Assembly: GCF_009914755.1 (NCBI RefSeq)
Contig: NC_060944.1
Direction: 5' to 3' (one strand)
Length of the DNA: 64,000 nt
DNA from: the human T2T-CHM13v2.0 reference genome, Homo sapiens
The translations under genes were made by a program, and so were the position numbers. The notes under the pieces are model-generated. The model saw only the letters and a list, made by a program, of their open reading frames with translations. It was not told where the DNA came from and searched no databases. Below, piece after piece: positions 24,763 through 39,408 of this stretch (position 1 is the first letter of the stretch; every line of letters begins with the position of its first letter).

Positions 24763-27700
24763 CACTGGTCATGTTGTCACTTCAAAATCAGATGTCTCAC
24801 TACCCTCCCAGGCCAAAGCCCTTAGTGCGGCATTTAGGGACTTTCCTAGGCAATCCCAGCTCTCAGTGAACTAAAAATCTCACACCCCAGACAACGTGTG
24901 AATAAAGAAATATAGTATATTCGTAGGTCTTCTGAAGGGTCTTCTGAACGGCCTCCTCAACCACACACCCCTTTCTGTACCTGGAGAGCTCCTGCTCAGC
25001 CCCCAGGGTAGTGTCCAAACCATGATTTTTCCTTGGGCAGCAGCCCCATTCCCACTCCTTTCTCCCTGGAAGAATCATTTATTCCATCCCCTCCATGATC
25101 CCTTAGCATTTGGTTCACACCATGATTAGAACACACAGCACAGGATATTAATTACATAATTAATGTTGCACTAATTCATTTATGTAACTAATACTAATTA
25201 TATATCTCTCTACTTAGGAGATTTTAAGCCTTCTAAGGGTATAAGCTATTTGTCTTTGGTAGTAACTGGGGTGGGGTGGGGTGGGTGGACTCTCATTGCA
25301 GAGATACACATTTACTGAGCTCCTACCACGTGCCTGGTACCATATTAGATGCCAGTAGTTTTCTGAGAGACATACTTGCCATTATTTTACTTTTCAAATT
25401 AGGTAAGAGTTCAGGCTTGACCTCAATTGGTAAAACAGAAAGCATGGCCTACTGGAGTCTTGGTTGCTGTTATTCTGTTCTGGTGGTTTCATTAAGGTTC
25501 ACATGAATCAAAGATTATTGAATTAGTTACAATAGTATGACTGTAAAAAAAAACTGCAGAGAATATGGTGCACTCTCAATATATTTGTAACACGAGTTCA
25601 TAGTAAGGCATGAGAGATTTAAAAATTCTTCACTCTTGAGATTTTCACCTGAATTCAGGCTAAATATGGGGATGAGCAAGGCTCAAGCTTCCCACTTTAT
25701 ATAACACATTTGAATATCCCCTTGTTTATCAACACGCAAACAAGATGAAGATGATGAGTATCACCAGCAATCACATCAGAAATGGTAGACAAGGCAACTG
25801 CATGTATGATCACGGCACAGAAAAAGCGTTAAATCCTTTCCCTTGAATGGAAAGACTCCATGCCCAGAGCTGAGGATCTGCTCATGGGAAGCTTGAGAAA
25901 AAATAGACAGAAAGGCAAAATTAAGAGACAAAATTAAAGCCCTTTTCTGTCCCAAATTAAAATTGGGCATGAAATGGGGTGCTGATGCAGAGGGGAGGAA
26001 CAGAAGATCAGTACAACAAATAAGTCAGACCAAAACACTGAATTATTTTATTTAATGTTGAGAATGCAAGATATCATTACTGCATATATTTGAGGAGCAA
26101 ATTCATTACTTCTCTCCCTCTGAGTGGTTTCACTGATACAAATCCTTCTTTCCTGGGCCATAAAATGATCAAGCGCAACTTAAACGCCATAAACATGTCC
26201 TCAAGATGGACTGCATTTACTTATAAACAATTCTCAATTGAGTGCTTCCCACAAATTTATGTTATATACTTATTTTGCTGGTTTAAGGATTGCCAGTGTT
26301 AAGATCTGTCATCAGTAGATATTTGGTTATGTATATCTAGCAGTGTAAAGAGGAGAATCAACAGTTTTTCATTCAAGGAATCATACTCCAACCAGCTGCC
26401 TTTACAGTTACTTGAAGAGTCCTCTTCAGCAATATTTTTTAAAGCAACATATGCGGGAGCTACCTCAAGCATATTTTTAAAAAAATCTTTGTAATTAGTA
26501 ACTGTTTAGAAGAAATAGTCTAATAGCAACCTAATATATACTAAAAAAAGTTCTGTCTGATTTTTGCAAAATAAAGCTTAGGCAGTGACATAACTATGAA
26601 CATGTTTGAGCAAACAAGAAATATATTCCTAAAGAACATGCCTGTATATAATAGTAACAAGCATTAATGGATAAGGTTTAATTAAAATCTCCTTACATAC
26701 TATAGAAAATGAAAACTAATTTATACTCTCCCAGCTGGTGGGCCTCACAGAGGAAGAGACAAGATGCTCCATGGAGTATGGAAATAAACTATTGGTACTT
26801 CTATTTTTTTTTTAATCTTATTCTTTCTAGATCTCTACTTCTGAAAGTGTATCCTAATAAATACTATGTACAGTTAGTAAATGTTACACTATCTATACAG
26901 ATAAAAATCAATATAGTGGGTGTGCCTGCTCAATAACTTTTCCAGCGATAGCTATGTGTGATTTGAAAAGTTTAGGCTCTGTGACTCTAAGCTGTGGCTG
27001 GTAAGAGATGCATGCAGGAAGACCTCAATGTTTCCAAGAGAGCAGGGTCTAATTCATTAACTAATTCTACTGAAAGTCTTATGCAGCAACATAACTATGA
27101 GTGTGTCTGAGAAAACATGAAATATATTCCAAATGTATGAATCTGTATAGTAACAAGCATTAGCATATTAGATTTAATTAAAATCTCTTAGACAACTGTT
27201 GCAAATGGTACTAAGCCAGAAGTAGTAAAAGAAGCCAACACCCCATTAATCACATCAATATCCCAGAGAGATCACAGGCTGCCATCTGATTGCTCCTCGA
27301 TGTGATCTGCCTCTGCCATCCCCAAATCTTTCTGAGGACAGACAGTGCCGGTGCTTTCTGATTTCTGTGGGCATGCACACCCCATAGGTGCTGACTCTGC
27401 CTGGCTATCTTCACTGTGACCTCTTCGTGGTCTCCTAGCTTATCTCCTTTCTCTCGGATCAATTACAGAGGCCGGACTCCAGGTTAGTCCTCCTGACACT
27501 GGGAGACCAGCACCTCCAAATCCCTGACTCTCTAAGCCTTCTTGTGGGTCCCATCAGAACAGTCCCCCAAACTGAGTGCCTATGGTGTCAGCCTGCTCTC
27601 CTGGGTGCTGTCCTGCACGCTGAAGACAGCCCCCTAGGAGGGTAGAATGAATTTACACTACAGGTATGCCATTTTAGCTCAGCAGTCACTCCTACTTGGA

Positions 27701-29924
27701 AATCCTTCCAAATTCCATTCTCTGCGATGAGTATTTCAAAATGTTCTAGATTTTTCCATCCTTATAATGAACTCGGTTTACTGAGATGATTAGAGTCACC
27801 TAAGATCAACTCCCTGAGTATCCTTTTAGCACATTTCAAAATGATGCTGTTGCTACATTCATTTCCCTTCCTTCAAAACCTCTTCATCCTCACTTAATTT
27901 TCCTGATTCACTTCTACCTGAGAGGAGAGCCCCTCTCCAAGGTTAGCCTCCTTCTGCACTGCTTCCTATTACCAAGTCATCACTTGTCCTTTTCTACCCT
28001 TGGGCCTCTGTCTTTGTTGTTCCCATTGCCCAGAACACCTCCTCTCTCGTCTGCACTCACTGAAATCCACCCATCGGTCTCAAGCAAGCAAAAATGTACA
28101 TCTGCCTTGACGTCCTCCGATTATGCCTCCATGAGCCCATTGGCTCCATGCTGCTCAATTTTTCTCACGTGTTTCTCTTCCCACACTTAATTGTCTCCTG
28201 AATGGATGAACTAGTTATTCATCTTTTCTGTTCCTTGGTATCCTGATGCTTCTACTATGGTCTTTAAAAAAATTATATTACAGGTACCAAATATTTGTTA
28301 AGCAATAAAAGAAATAATGGAGACAGTGGCACTCACAGCCTCTTTTCAATATACACTTTTCTGAAACATTTTCTAATTACTTTTTCATCCTGAAGTGTGG
28401 GCAACAGTGTGACCTGCATTATAGTCCTTTTCTGACTTACCTGTAACTGTTTAAAGGTTTTAGAAAGTAGGCATTACGGGACGTAAGAGGGCAAATTGTA
28501 AAACAAAGAAAGAGAAAATCTCATTTACCAAATTCCCTTTAGAGAGAACATTGATTTAGAAAACATACTGTGATAAAACAATTTTAGGGTAGGTAGGTAT
28601 GAGGCTCCTAAAAGACACGTTAAGAAACAACAGATAGTCTCTAAACTGCCTTTAGGAGGGTGGGTCCTGTTAACCTACACAGTTTAGGGATAAAGGCTGA
28701 GCCAGTAGGCTGGAGCTGAACTCCTAGGCTTAGTAAGGTGGCAGCACTTGGAGCTCCCAGGAATAGCTAGGCAGGAGGAACGGAAAGGCTGGTGCTCTTG
28801 GGAGAACACAATAGTCTAATGGGGTATTTTAAGTTATTTGCTCTGAGATGTATCTGCAATGTATCCCCTCCTCTGGCTCCATTAGGGACACTTTGGGAAC
28901 GTTCACCGGCTTCTCCTTCTGGGGAGCCCAAAGGAGGGCAGAGCTCTGCAGCCAGGTGGGAGTAAAGAAAGAGAGACTCGGTCAGCAGCCATCCAGGGAC
29001 ACAAGGCAAGGGAACAGTTGCCATCTGGACCATGTCCGCAACTGTGTAACAGTTCCTAATCCAAGCAGGCTTCCCCCTCCAGTGCAGTGGGCCCTGTGAA
29101 CCTGAAGCTTGACCAACTGCAGAAATTCTGTTCAAAGGTACTTGAGGGAAGAAGCTGGGCCTCTGCAGGAAGAGCCTGGTTCTAAAGACAGCACATTGCA
29201 CAAGGAAAGGGCAGTCCAATGCCAGTCCTCGATCTGCCCGTCTGTGGGTAACACAAATGGGAGGTGTATGGAGCTTGGAGAGTGAAGATTCCTGAAAGCA
29301 GGGGAGCCGCTCAAATAGGAGATTCTACAGCCATTCGATTCAGGAAAATCTCAGACACATTTCTATGCAGATGCATCACCGACAAGTACAGAAGGTGCCT
29401 CAGAGCCTCAGGCTTGTGAACCTGGTCCAAACCTGGTGTGCTAGGAAGCAATGAGCCTAGTGATTGACTCCCAAATTACACTCACACTCGAGGCAGCTAT
29501 GAAGTGCTACTAAGTCCAACAGGGCTTTCAGGCTGGCCCAAATCCTGCCTTTTGCAATAACCAGAAATAATGACTTCCCGATGCTTTAACTTCAGCATCT
29601 TCAAAACAGGCTGTAATACCGCTTATTTCAGTATACTTATCTCACAGGGTAGTTTGAAGGTAAATTTAATAAAATGTGTGAAGGCCCTGAGAATCTGGGA
29701 GATGGGGGCCTTTAAGTACAAGATTGTCACTGATAAAGTGCTTCCCCCTCTGCCAACACCTCTGTGAAGCAGGTGAGGTATACGGGGACTTATTCTACTT
29801 TAACACGGTGGGAAATTGCGAGAATGACAGTCTAAGCAATTTTCCTTTAAATTACCCAGATATTCAGAGGCAAACCAAGGAATGTAAAGTCTCCACCAGT
29901 CATCATGAGATAATAAAATAATGA

Positions 29925-30125
29925 AAAGCTCTGAATTAACTCTGACTTGGATCCTGACTTTAGCCCAGCAACTTATTAGTCGTGTGATTTTGGATAAATT
30001 ACTCAATTCTTTCAGGTCCCGATTTCTTCATCTGTAAAATGCATTCATGATTCCTAACCTGCAGATGAACTAAAAAAAATGCGAAGAGACTAGACACAGT
30101 GCTTGGACACTCAACAGATGGTGAC
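29925..30125 (+). mobile_element. MIR
   Basis: acttattagtcgtgtgattttggataaattactc...tttcttcatctgtaaaatg. Confidence 0.7.
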
Positions 30126-31274
30126 TCCTGGCACTGTGATTCCGTTCTTAAAAAGGCGTTATATTATTCATTACTGAAAGGTAAGCGTATCCATGGGTAG
30201 CAACTGCAAAAGGGAAAGTTCAAACGATTTTGTGATTTTAAAACAAATTTTATTCTAGGAAGAGATGCAAAACTCCCAAAATTCTGAAACCAAGGAAGGA
30301 GGAATACTAATATAATCTTATAATAAAAAAATAGGAATTTGAGTGAAATGGAAATTGAAGGCATGACCATAAAATAATAACTGCTTTTCTTCTGTGCTTG
30401 TAACTCAATCTCATTTCTTCTTAGTCACTTCTTACACAGGAAGCATTTACTTTGTGAAGATAAATATGGCTGTCCAAGGAAGGGCAATATAAAAGATCAG
30501 TTGGTTTGTGTGAAAACCGGGAAAGAAAAAAAAATTTTTTTTCACTTTTCAGTAGAAGACTGAAAGTTTGCAAAGAGATGGGATGGGTGATAAATTTTTT
30601 AAAAATCCTAGGATAAAATGTGATTCTTCAAGTCTTAGTGTAGTTACTTTCACTTGCTATTTATGTTTTAAAATAGTACAGAACCTGAAGATTTAAATCT
30701 AGGTGGACATGGCATAAGCAACACTCCATTTGTCTCGGCCGTGCTAATACACGTGCAGGGAGATAATCCATCAGTTGCTAATAAGCACAGATTCAGACGC
30801 CAACACTCTACACTTTCTGAACATCTATATTCTATCAAGTAGGGAGTATTTCCAAAAGATGTATCTGTACAGAGTTTATCTAATAGACTGGAATGGCTCT
30901 TATTTCTGTTCTGCCAAATAAAGAGAAATTTCTTGGACTGCAAATGTGATTGCTTGAACTCCCAAACTGCAATTTTTCTAGGCATTTCTTCTTCATGCTT
31001 CCTGGCAGGCCAATCTACCATCAAATTCTTCAGGTTTACCAAAGCCTTAACAACAGCCCCAATTTACAAAGTACCCATGACTTGGTCAGCATTCAAGGCA
31101 AAAAGTTAAAACATACACAAAAATAACAGTAGATTTTGAAAACAGGCAAGGATTTGAAAACGACCATTATCTCTAGGGCAATACTAAAATATAGCCTCAA
31201 CTTATAAATGTGTAGAAAGTAGTGATATTTGGAAGGTACATTAAAATGAGTAAGTAAGGGAACAAGTATGGCTC

Positions 31275-31465
31275 AGTGCACTTAGACCTGACATGAACAT
31301 TAGGTATCTTGATCTACTAACTAGCTGTGTGGCCTTGGGCAAGTCATTCATAATTTCCTAATTGGTGAAATACAAATACTACCCCCATTTTGGTACATTC
31401 TCCAAATTTGTGGAAATGTCTAGCAAAATGCCTTGGGTAAAGAAGGTGCTTGATAGATGTTAGCT
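31275..31465 (+). mobile_element. MIR
   Basis: ctagctgtgtggccttgggcaagtca core. Confidence 0.7.
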
Positions 31466-34400
31466 TCTTTCCTTGAAGAGCTGCAATTGCCTACAGAGAT
31501 CAGTCAAGAACGAAGGGCAGTGCGGTCCAGTGCATGGATGTTCAGCGAGAGCAGGAGTCTACCATACTATCTGAGAACATCCAATTGTGCTATAGAGGAT
31601 GGATGCAGCTAATTAGTGTTAAATACAGCCAGTAAATAAGCAAGAAGCTTATGAGGTATAGGCAAATCTCATAGGATCTGTCAAAACAGATCTAGGATAG
31701 TAAGCAAGTAGCCTGTGAGGTACAACAAAATTCCTAAGGTGTGCAAGCTGTGTTAAATACAGGCCACAGGTTGATAAACTGTAAGACATGCCAAAGATAG
31801 AATAATTTTAAAAAACCAAACATGATGGAACAGATGAGAATGTTACTTAGGGACGGAAAGGGAGGGAAATGCTGCCTCATGATATGCACCCTCTGGGATG
31901 ACAGCTAAGTCTCCCCTGAACTGACCAGCCTTGATGACAACCAGCCTGGTCCCATCCTGGTACCATATGTGCTCTACTGGAGAAGTACAGGTGAAACCCA
32001 GGACTGCTCACAGCAGGTGGCTGGCTGGGTGTGCCTGTGCCTGCTTCCTTTCATGGAGAAGGTGCACTGGCTCTGGGCACCCTTTGTCTGCCATGGCCCC
32101 TCGTCTAAAACTTCACTCTGGTCCTTTTAAGCACATAGTAAGTACGAAAGGCTGAGATGACAGAGAGGGGACAGATGAACTAGTTGTGACCAGGGGTCAG
32201 ATAGAACACCCGGCCCACCTGCTAGCCCACCATCAGGGTGCCACCTACCCCTCCTTCCTCTACATCTCTGTGTGCTTTTGAATGCTCTGTGAGCCTTTCT
32301 GTACGGTGCAGTTGGACTCTGAGCATCCCTGGAGGCCACCATGTCATCAAGGTGATTTTCTCCATGACAGGAAATCCCAAGGTCTATGGCCAAGTGGAGG
32401 GCACACACCTGCCCTAAGAGGAGCTGCTGTTTTGCCCTACGAGTGCTGCCTTGCAGGAATGTTGGCCCTAGTTCCTGCTTTTACTGACTTTTCACAGGAT
32501 CTTGGCAAATCTGGGTTTCTATGTCAGGTCTCCCAAGTTTTAAATACTGACAATTCATGCAAAATTTAAAAAATCTGTTCAGGCCAACAAAACCCCATAT
32601 CCTCCACCACCAGTTTGCACCTGCTGCCTCGGGTTAATATTGTTCCACGACTTTGTCAGTCCCTGGCCCCACGGTGCCTGCCATGTGGTTCTTCAGTTGT
32701 AAAAACAAGATCCAATTTGAACTGCTGCCCTGCAGTTCTGCAATTTAGCATGTCTCACTTCAGGGTCTTTTAAGTTCAGGGAGGACTCAGCAGATGAGAT
32801 CTCTTGGCCCTAAGTGTCTAGGGCCAGACTGACTGAAATTAGAAGGGGGAGCTCACAGACCTAAGTTCACACAATGGAAAGGAGAATGGCTGCCACTGAC
32901 TGGGGTACTTGATAATTATTAGCAGATGGTCGACAAGTTTTCCCTGGAACACTTCCGTGAGGTTATACATCCTCGTTATCATTCATTACTCATGTTTTCT
33001 CTGCTTCTCCCTCCTTCTCAGGCCACTGATCAGGAGTCAGAGCAGAATGAGACAAGAGGAGACTGTTACTATGGCACCTAAACAAAACCCAGATGATTAA
33101 AATCAGGAAAGCTTTTGTCCTGGACATCATGTGTGTGACCTAAGTTGTCTGTGTGTAGTTCTGCATTTCTTGGGTCTCTAAGTGGACAAAAGTGATACTG
33201 GTCAATGGGGCTGATGCCCTGCAGCCATGTGAGAAAAGGCGGGCACCTGGGAGCGTAGCCGGAATGCAGAAGGCTCCTTAGAGGAGATGACAATGGGACA
33301 CGTGCTTCTAAGAGCAAGGGGCTGGAGGGTGCCCGGCAGCCAGGACAATGTCCAGAGGGTGGGCAGGGGGCATACAGGTCTACCTCTCTGTTAAGGAAAG
33401 CCAAGACAAAACAGATGTACCCTGCGGGTGCTGAACTCAGCCCAGAGCCAGGACATGGGTATACTGGAGCGCTGGAGGGTGGTGCTGAGAAGGCGGGAGG
33501 GAAGGTGGGGAGGAGGGAAGATGGGAGGCTTTGGCATGCTTGGACTCGGACACAATCAAGAAGCTCGACTTGCCCACACTCTCCCTGCATGACTAAGAGC
33601 CACCAGCCACATCACGAGGATGAGCAAGGGGCAGAATGGCTCATCAGTGACTGACTCCATCAGTGCGGATGGAGCATGAGGAGCTGGGTGGGGGCGGGGG
33701 GGAAGTTTACAAAGGGCACACGGTCACTCAGTCATCACCGAAGCGCCAGACAGGCTGTGCCTAATGAGAGCACCTGTGGCCAGGCTAGCATGCATCACAC
33801 TGCTGGGTGATCCACTGGGTGACTGGTACCAGTCAGGCACGGGGTGGGCACTGGGGGGGGGTCTGTGTCATACAAGACTGACAAGGGCCCTGGGAGCTTG
33901 TACCCACAGGGGAAGATCAGCAAACAAGACAATGACTGAAAATAACCAGACTGAAAGCAACACGACTGTGAGCTGTGACCTTGGTTGTGAAAGAAGGGGA
34001 GTACCCCTGGTGACAGGATGGAGAACAGGGCAGGGGGCACTACTGCAGATGACCACTCAGAAAAAAGATGAGACAACAAACTCTTCTGCCGATTACTTCC
34101 AGATTTTACAAGAATAGAAACTCTCGGGAAACAAAATATTAAAAAATAAACACACCAGTGTTGGCTTATTTCTTTATGTTACCGTGTTGACATGTAAGTT
34201 AAAATGCAAGGGATTTCAAACAATGCTGGAAACACCAGCTTATTTCTATGACATGAGTGTGATAGTCTCTGCTCGTCTTAACCATCAATTTCCCAGGCCC
34301 GTGTTTTGTGCTATGCTGAAATGTGATTTCAAAATTAAATTTTACCCACTCTGGTCCTAACTAACTGAAAATGGCAAGCATAATGCAGCGTAACTGATGC

Positions 34401-34844
34401 CACGTGTCAGTGACTGAGAGGCATGCGAAGCGGGGTTGTAAGATGACTGCTGTCATCCGGTTAATGGCATTACTTGTGGCAGGTGCAGCTGAGCGCAGGC
34501 ACAAATTTTGCAGCTTCATTCTGCTGACCAGCAGGTGACACACAGCAATTTTCAGCCTAGAACGTGCTGTTCTCAGAGAGAAGCCAGACTGGCACTGCTT
34601 CAGCTTTCCCCACCCCATCTCTATCTCTGCCACCAGTCAGCAGGACATGCATCTGCAGACACAGTCCCAGACGGATGTGCTACTAGGACCCGCAGGAAGG
34701 TACAGCTTCAAGGGTAACAGGAATTGATACTCTGACCCAGGGTCTCCTGGGAGGAGTAAAACAAAGTGGGGAGAGGGGCGACACCAAAATGATAACCTTT
34801 TGTATCATCAGGTAAGAATATTAAAACAAACACCAACAGGAAAG

Positions 34845-35255
34845 AAATGAATACACAAATTGTGACATATCCATACAGTGGGATGCTATTAATATAAAGA
34901 AACAAATTACTGTTATACTCAGCTACATGGGTAAATCTCCAAAACATTACATTAAAGGAATGCAGCCAGGTACAGAAGATAAATGCCGTTGGATCCCCTC
35001 TCCATGGTTTGCTAGAGCAGACACGACTAATCTGTAGGTGCAGAGGGCAGATCAGTGCTTGCCTTGGTGCCAGAACATGGGCACTGACTGCAAACGGCCA
35101 CCAGAAACTTCTGGAGGGCCTGCAAAGTTCCAAGTCCTGACCAGAGGGCTAGTTACACGGGTGTATACATATGTCAACACTCATCCAACTACACTTAAAA
35201 TGTGTGCTTTCACTGTATATAAATTACGCCTCAACAGAGTTAATCTTAAAAAACT
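34845..35255 (+). mobile_element. L1ME-type 3' end
   Basis: acaaattgtgacatatccatacagtgg...ttacacgggtgtatacatatgtcaa...gtatataaattacgcctcaa. Confidence 0.75.
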
Positions 35256-36444
35256 AAATGAGATCAAACAACAAAAACCTGTCTACTTATATATCCTCAG
35301 TTATTTCATAAAAGAGTTGTTTTTAATGCCCCCAAATAAAGCAGGTATAGAAGACAGTCCTTTTGAATTAAATAGATTTTGGTTTAATGAAAAACTCTAT
35401 TATTCTCATTTTAAAGACCAGTGGTGGAAACCTCCTCATGGCCCAGCAGGGGTCAGAAGATGAGCATCTGGGAACCCCCGTTGACTTTCTGCCCTCCCTT
35501 GAAATCACACGCCCTGTGTCGTCCCTGGAACATTCCCTTAACAGGCTCCTGACTACTTCACGTGGCAATGGGCAGACCAAATTGGAGCTCCCACACTGGG
35601 GATTAAAATGAAAATGGCCAGGAAGAAGCAATGATTTCAATGACTAATGAGTCCTACCTAAAAAAAGGTTGGCAGAAGAGCGCAGGAAGCAGAGCGGGTG
35701 AGGAGGGCGAGGGGAAGATGACAAAGGAGAACCTGGGCAGCTACACCCCTGGCGTGTTGTCTCCCTCCTGGGGCCCCTCAGGCCTCAACACCAAGTGGGC
35801 CCTGGTGTGGTCACACAAATCAGCTGGGACCCTAAATAAGCTGGCAGTGACACCAGCAAGCTATACAGCAAACAGGGGTCTTATACCAGGGGGTGTCAGA
35901 CCCTGCCCTGCTGGTCACAGAGGGCACAGCGTCTCACTGTGTGTACTCAGGACCATCATGCGGGATAACGAAAAACAAAAACTGATTTTTTAAAAGAGAA
36001 GCAGCAAAGATTTTTCTAAATTATAAAGTGTAATAATATATCTATGTATGTACATTGATGTTAAATCTCCCTTCAAAAAAGCTTAAAACTGAAGAGAATA
36101 GTCTCTTTTAAAAATAATACTTTTTACCTTAGCCTCCTTAAATAGCCACTGGTTCACCAAGAGAAGAATTTAGTAGTAGCCAAAATATTACCATATATTA
36201 CCATAAGCATGACTATTTGTTCTAGAAAACAGGGCCTACGCATGAAATGTCCAAATGACTGAGAGAAAAGGTCAGCAATCTAAATTTTAAATTCCAAATG
36301 CTGAGGGCAAGCAAACAACCAAAAAGAAAAAAAATCCCAACAAAATCCAAAACTCTCATAAAAACATAATTGTACATCAAAAGTCATTAAGGGGACCTCA
36401 CAGTAAACTCTCACTCATCCCATTTTTATTTTTATTTCTTTTTA

Positions 36445-36615
36445 ATAACAAACACTTATCCAACACTTAGTATGTGGCAGGCACTGTTTCAAGCACTTTA
36501 CACATACAAACTCATCCACTCCTCATACCAACCCAATGAGGGGGGGGTTTATGATTCCCATTTGACAGGTGAGGCACAGTGAGGCTGTGTGACCTGCTGA
36601 GGTTGCCTGGAGATG
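36445..36615 (-). mobile_element. MIR
   Basis: tatgtggcaggcactgtttcaagcacttta...cccatttgacaggtgagg. Confidence 0.7.
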
Positions 36616-37434
36616 GCAGGATATGAGGATTGTGGGGGCAGGGGGAGGGTATGCTATTTAGCAGCTACCTCTTTGCCTGGATCGAGGCTGTTTTTGTTGT
36701 TTTGTTCTGGGGAAGGCCTGTATATTCACATCATGTCTGTTTCTCATACTACCCCATGACAAGGTATCCATATGGGGTGGAAGGCTTCCACACACCTACC
36801 TGTCAAGGTATCAGGAGGCCCTGCCTAAACGGAGAACTAGACATTCTCCAAGTTGGTGCTAACACATTCCTGGTGCTCATAATTATAGCACCTAGGGACG
36901 AACAGAAAAAGGAAGCGGAACAATGACACGCTTCAGAACTTGCTTTGAGAAATGCAAAGAAAGCAGAGCTCTGTGGATTTGGATTTTATGTATCCTGAAG
37001 TGATCACCTAGATTCCATAAGGCCTCATAGAATTTTCTGTATTTGGTTTCTCTAACTTGCATGGGCAGTAGCATCTTCACAATTTTGGCCAAATCTGCAC
37101 ACCACCTGATTATTATTTGCTTGTAATTTTTATTTAAATCAATGCAGTTTTTAAAATATTAAATATCTTTTTATCTGAGTTCTATACATGAAATTGATTT
37201 AACAGTTATATTTTATTAACACATTTATCTGTTAAAGTAAAATAAATCCGTGTACCAACTAAAATCATTGCATGTACCTCACTGCTGTTGAGTTCTATGT
37301 GCTGGGGAATTCTAATTCTGAACTAATGGAAGCCAGTCTTCACTCTCTAATTAAAAAACACAGTCATGATGCAAACACAACTTCCGAAATTGTTTTTATA
37401 TTCATGTATAATCACATATATGTACAAATGGAAT

Positions 37435-37437
<3 letters not shown>

Positions 37438-37468
<31 letters not shown>
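37438..37468. repeat. (CA)n microsatellite (~15 units)
   Basis: Seen directly. Confidence 0.95.
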
Positions 37469-37470
<2 letters not shown>

Positions 37471-37619
37471 TTAGAATGGTTGAGAACAAATGAAAAAGAA
37501 ATTGACCAGGAGATAGATATTAGGTCAGGGGCAGTGGGAAGTAGTGGATCAAGGACATAGCGTAACATTTAAATAAGAACCCACATAATTGGATAAGCAA
37601 AGTTAAGAATAACAGCAAA

Positions 37620-37946
<327 letters not shown>

Positions 37947-38928
37947 TCAATGAAAACCTCAAATATATAAACTGATGCCCTGTTTTTTTTTTTCTTTTCT
38001 AACGGAAAACTTAGTATATAGAAATAAAATCCTAAAAGTCTGGTTAGCTAGAAAAGAAGTTATTTACATCATTTCCTCAGGAAGGTTGAAAGAATGTGAC
38101 ATCTGAAAAGAGGGATTCCTCAGAGCCCAGGGCTGCCCTGAGATGCATCAGGGGTGGGGACAGGCAGGGGAGACGGCTGGCTCTAGGCTCCTTCCTCCCT
38201 CCCCACTCTGTGTGTGCCCAGCAGCTCTAGGCTTCCCTGCCTTTTACGGTGTCCTTCCACATAAGATATTCTTTGAACAAAGGAGTTTCACAGATAAAAT
38301 AAAATCTGGAGACCACTGGTACTTTCCAATTTCCTCATTGTATCAGTGGGGAAACTGAGGATCAGATGACTTATGGCTGCTCAGCAAATTGCAGCGGGGT
38401 CACAGTCTACAGAACTCAGTGTCCAGATTCATGGTCTGGTGTTGATCTGAACAAAACCACCTACAGCCTCCAAGAACACCCTTATGCATGCATACACTGG
38501 TGATCCTAGTGGACTTCATTACATCAATACCCTTGCTGATCCTTGAAGAAAAAGAAGTGTGATTTATCATTACTTTCTTGAGAAGAGGATGGTGGCCAGC
38601 AACATTATTTAATAAAGTGTTATGAGTCAATGAAAGCAAATTAGCAAAAAGATGAAGTCATTATTTAGAAAACCATGACGTAAGGAAACAGGCACATCTC
38701 TTCCTGAAAAGTTGTATAAATCAAGAAACACTTGAAACAAATGAGGAGGGCTTCCTAATTCATAATAGAAACAACAATGAAAATAGCAGTAGTAATAGCA
38801 GCAATAGCTACAATTTACTGTTTATACCAGCCACAAGATGCGCACTTTATACGCACTGATATTCCTGTGACATAAATATTATTAGTCTCATTTTTATAGA
38901 TGAGAAAAATTAAGACTAAGCCCATGGG

Positions 38929-39040
38929 GAGGGTGACCAACTGTCCTGGTTTGCTCAGGACTGTGGGGTTTCCCAAGGTGTGAAACTTTAAGGGCAGACA
39001 TTAGAAAAGTCTTGGGCAACCTGGATGGTTGGTCACCCTA
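38929..39040. mobile_element. MER81-like hAT-Blackjack MITE
   Basis: TIR agggtgaccaac...gttggtcaccct; degenerate 8-bp TSD cccatggg/cccgtagg; inserted in a MIR. Confidence 0.8.
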
Positions 39041-39285
39041 CCCGTAGGGTGTGGGTGATAGGAATTCCATTTCTGTCTGCCTTACTAACACCTTCTATGA
39101 GGTACCTTCCTTCCATGTGTTACAGTCAAGAGTTTTACAGACTGGTTTAAAGAAGGGCAAGACCAAATATTTTACAAACAGGATATTCACATGCAGCTTC
39201 ATCCCCCTTTTGAAAAAATAAAGACAGATAAAGCACTGCATAGTCTCCAACCTCCATTCTCCAGAAGAGTCAAGAAGACACTCAC

Positions 39286-39408
39286 CTTGACCTCAAACTC
39301 GAAGTGTGCATCCTTTCCTTGCCCGCAGAGGACGTAGCGTGGGATACTAATTTTAATTGGGTCCTTCAGGTCATCTGGATTTGCGCCCAAAGAGCGAGAA
39401 ACCATCCG
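39286..39408 (-). CDS. KIF16B: KIF16B exon (123 nt, RMVSRSLGANPDDLKDPIKISIPRYVLCGQGKDAHFEFEVK; start of PX domain; probably exon 23)
   Basis: Acceptor tttgatag|C, donor AAG|gtgagt; phase 0-0; PX beta-strand sequence. Confidence 0.96.

Noticed and set aside
33078-35993. Several 90-170-aa ORFs
   Set aside because: GC-rich intron and L1ME sequence; no domain similarity and no phase-compatible exon recognised.
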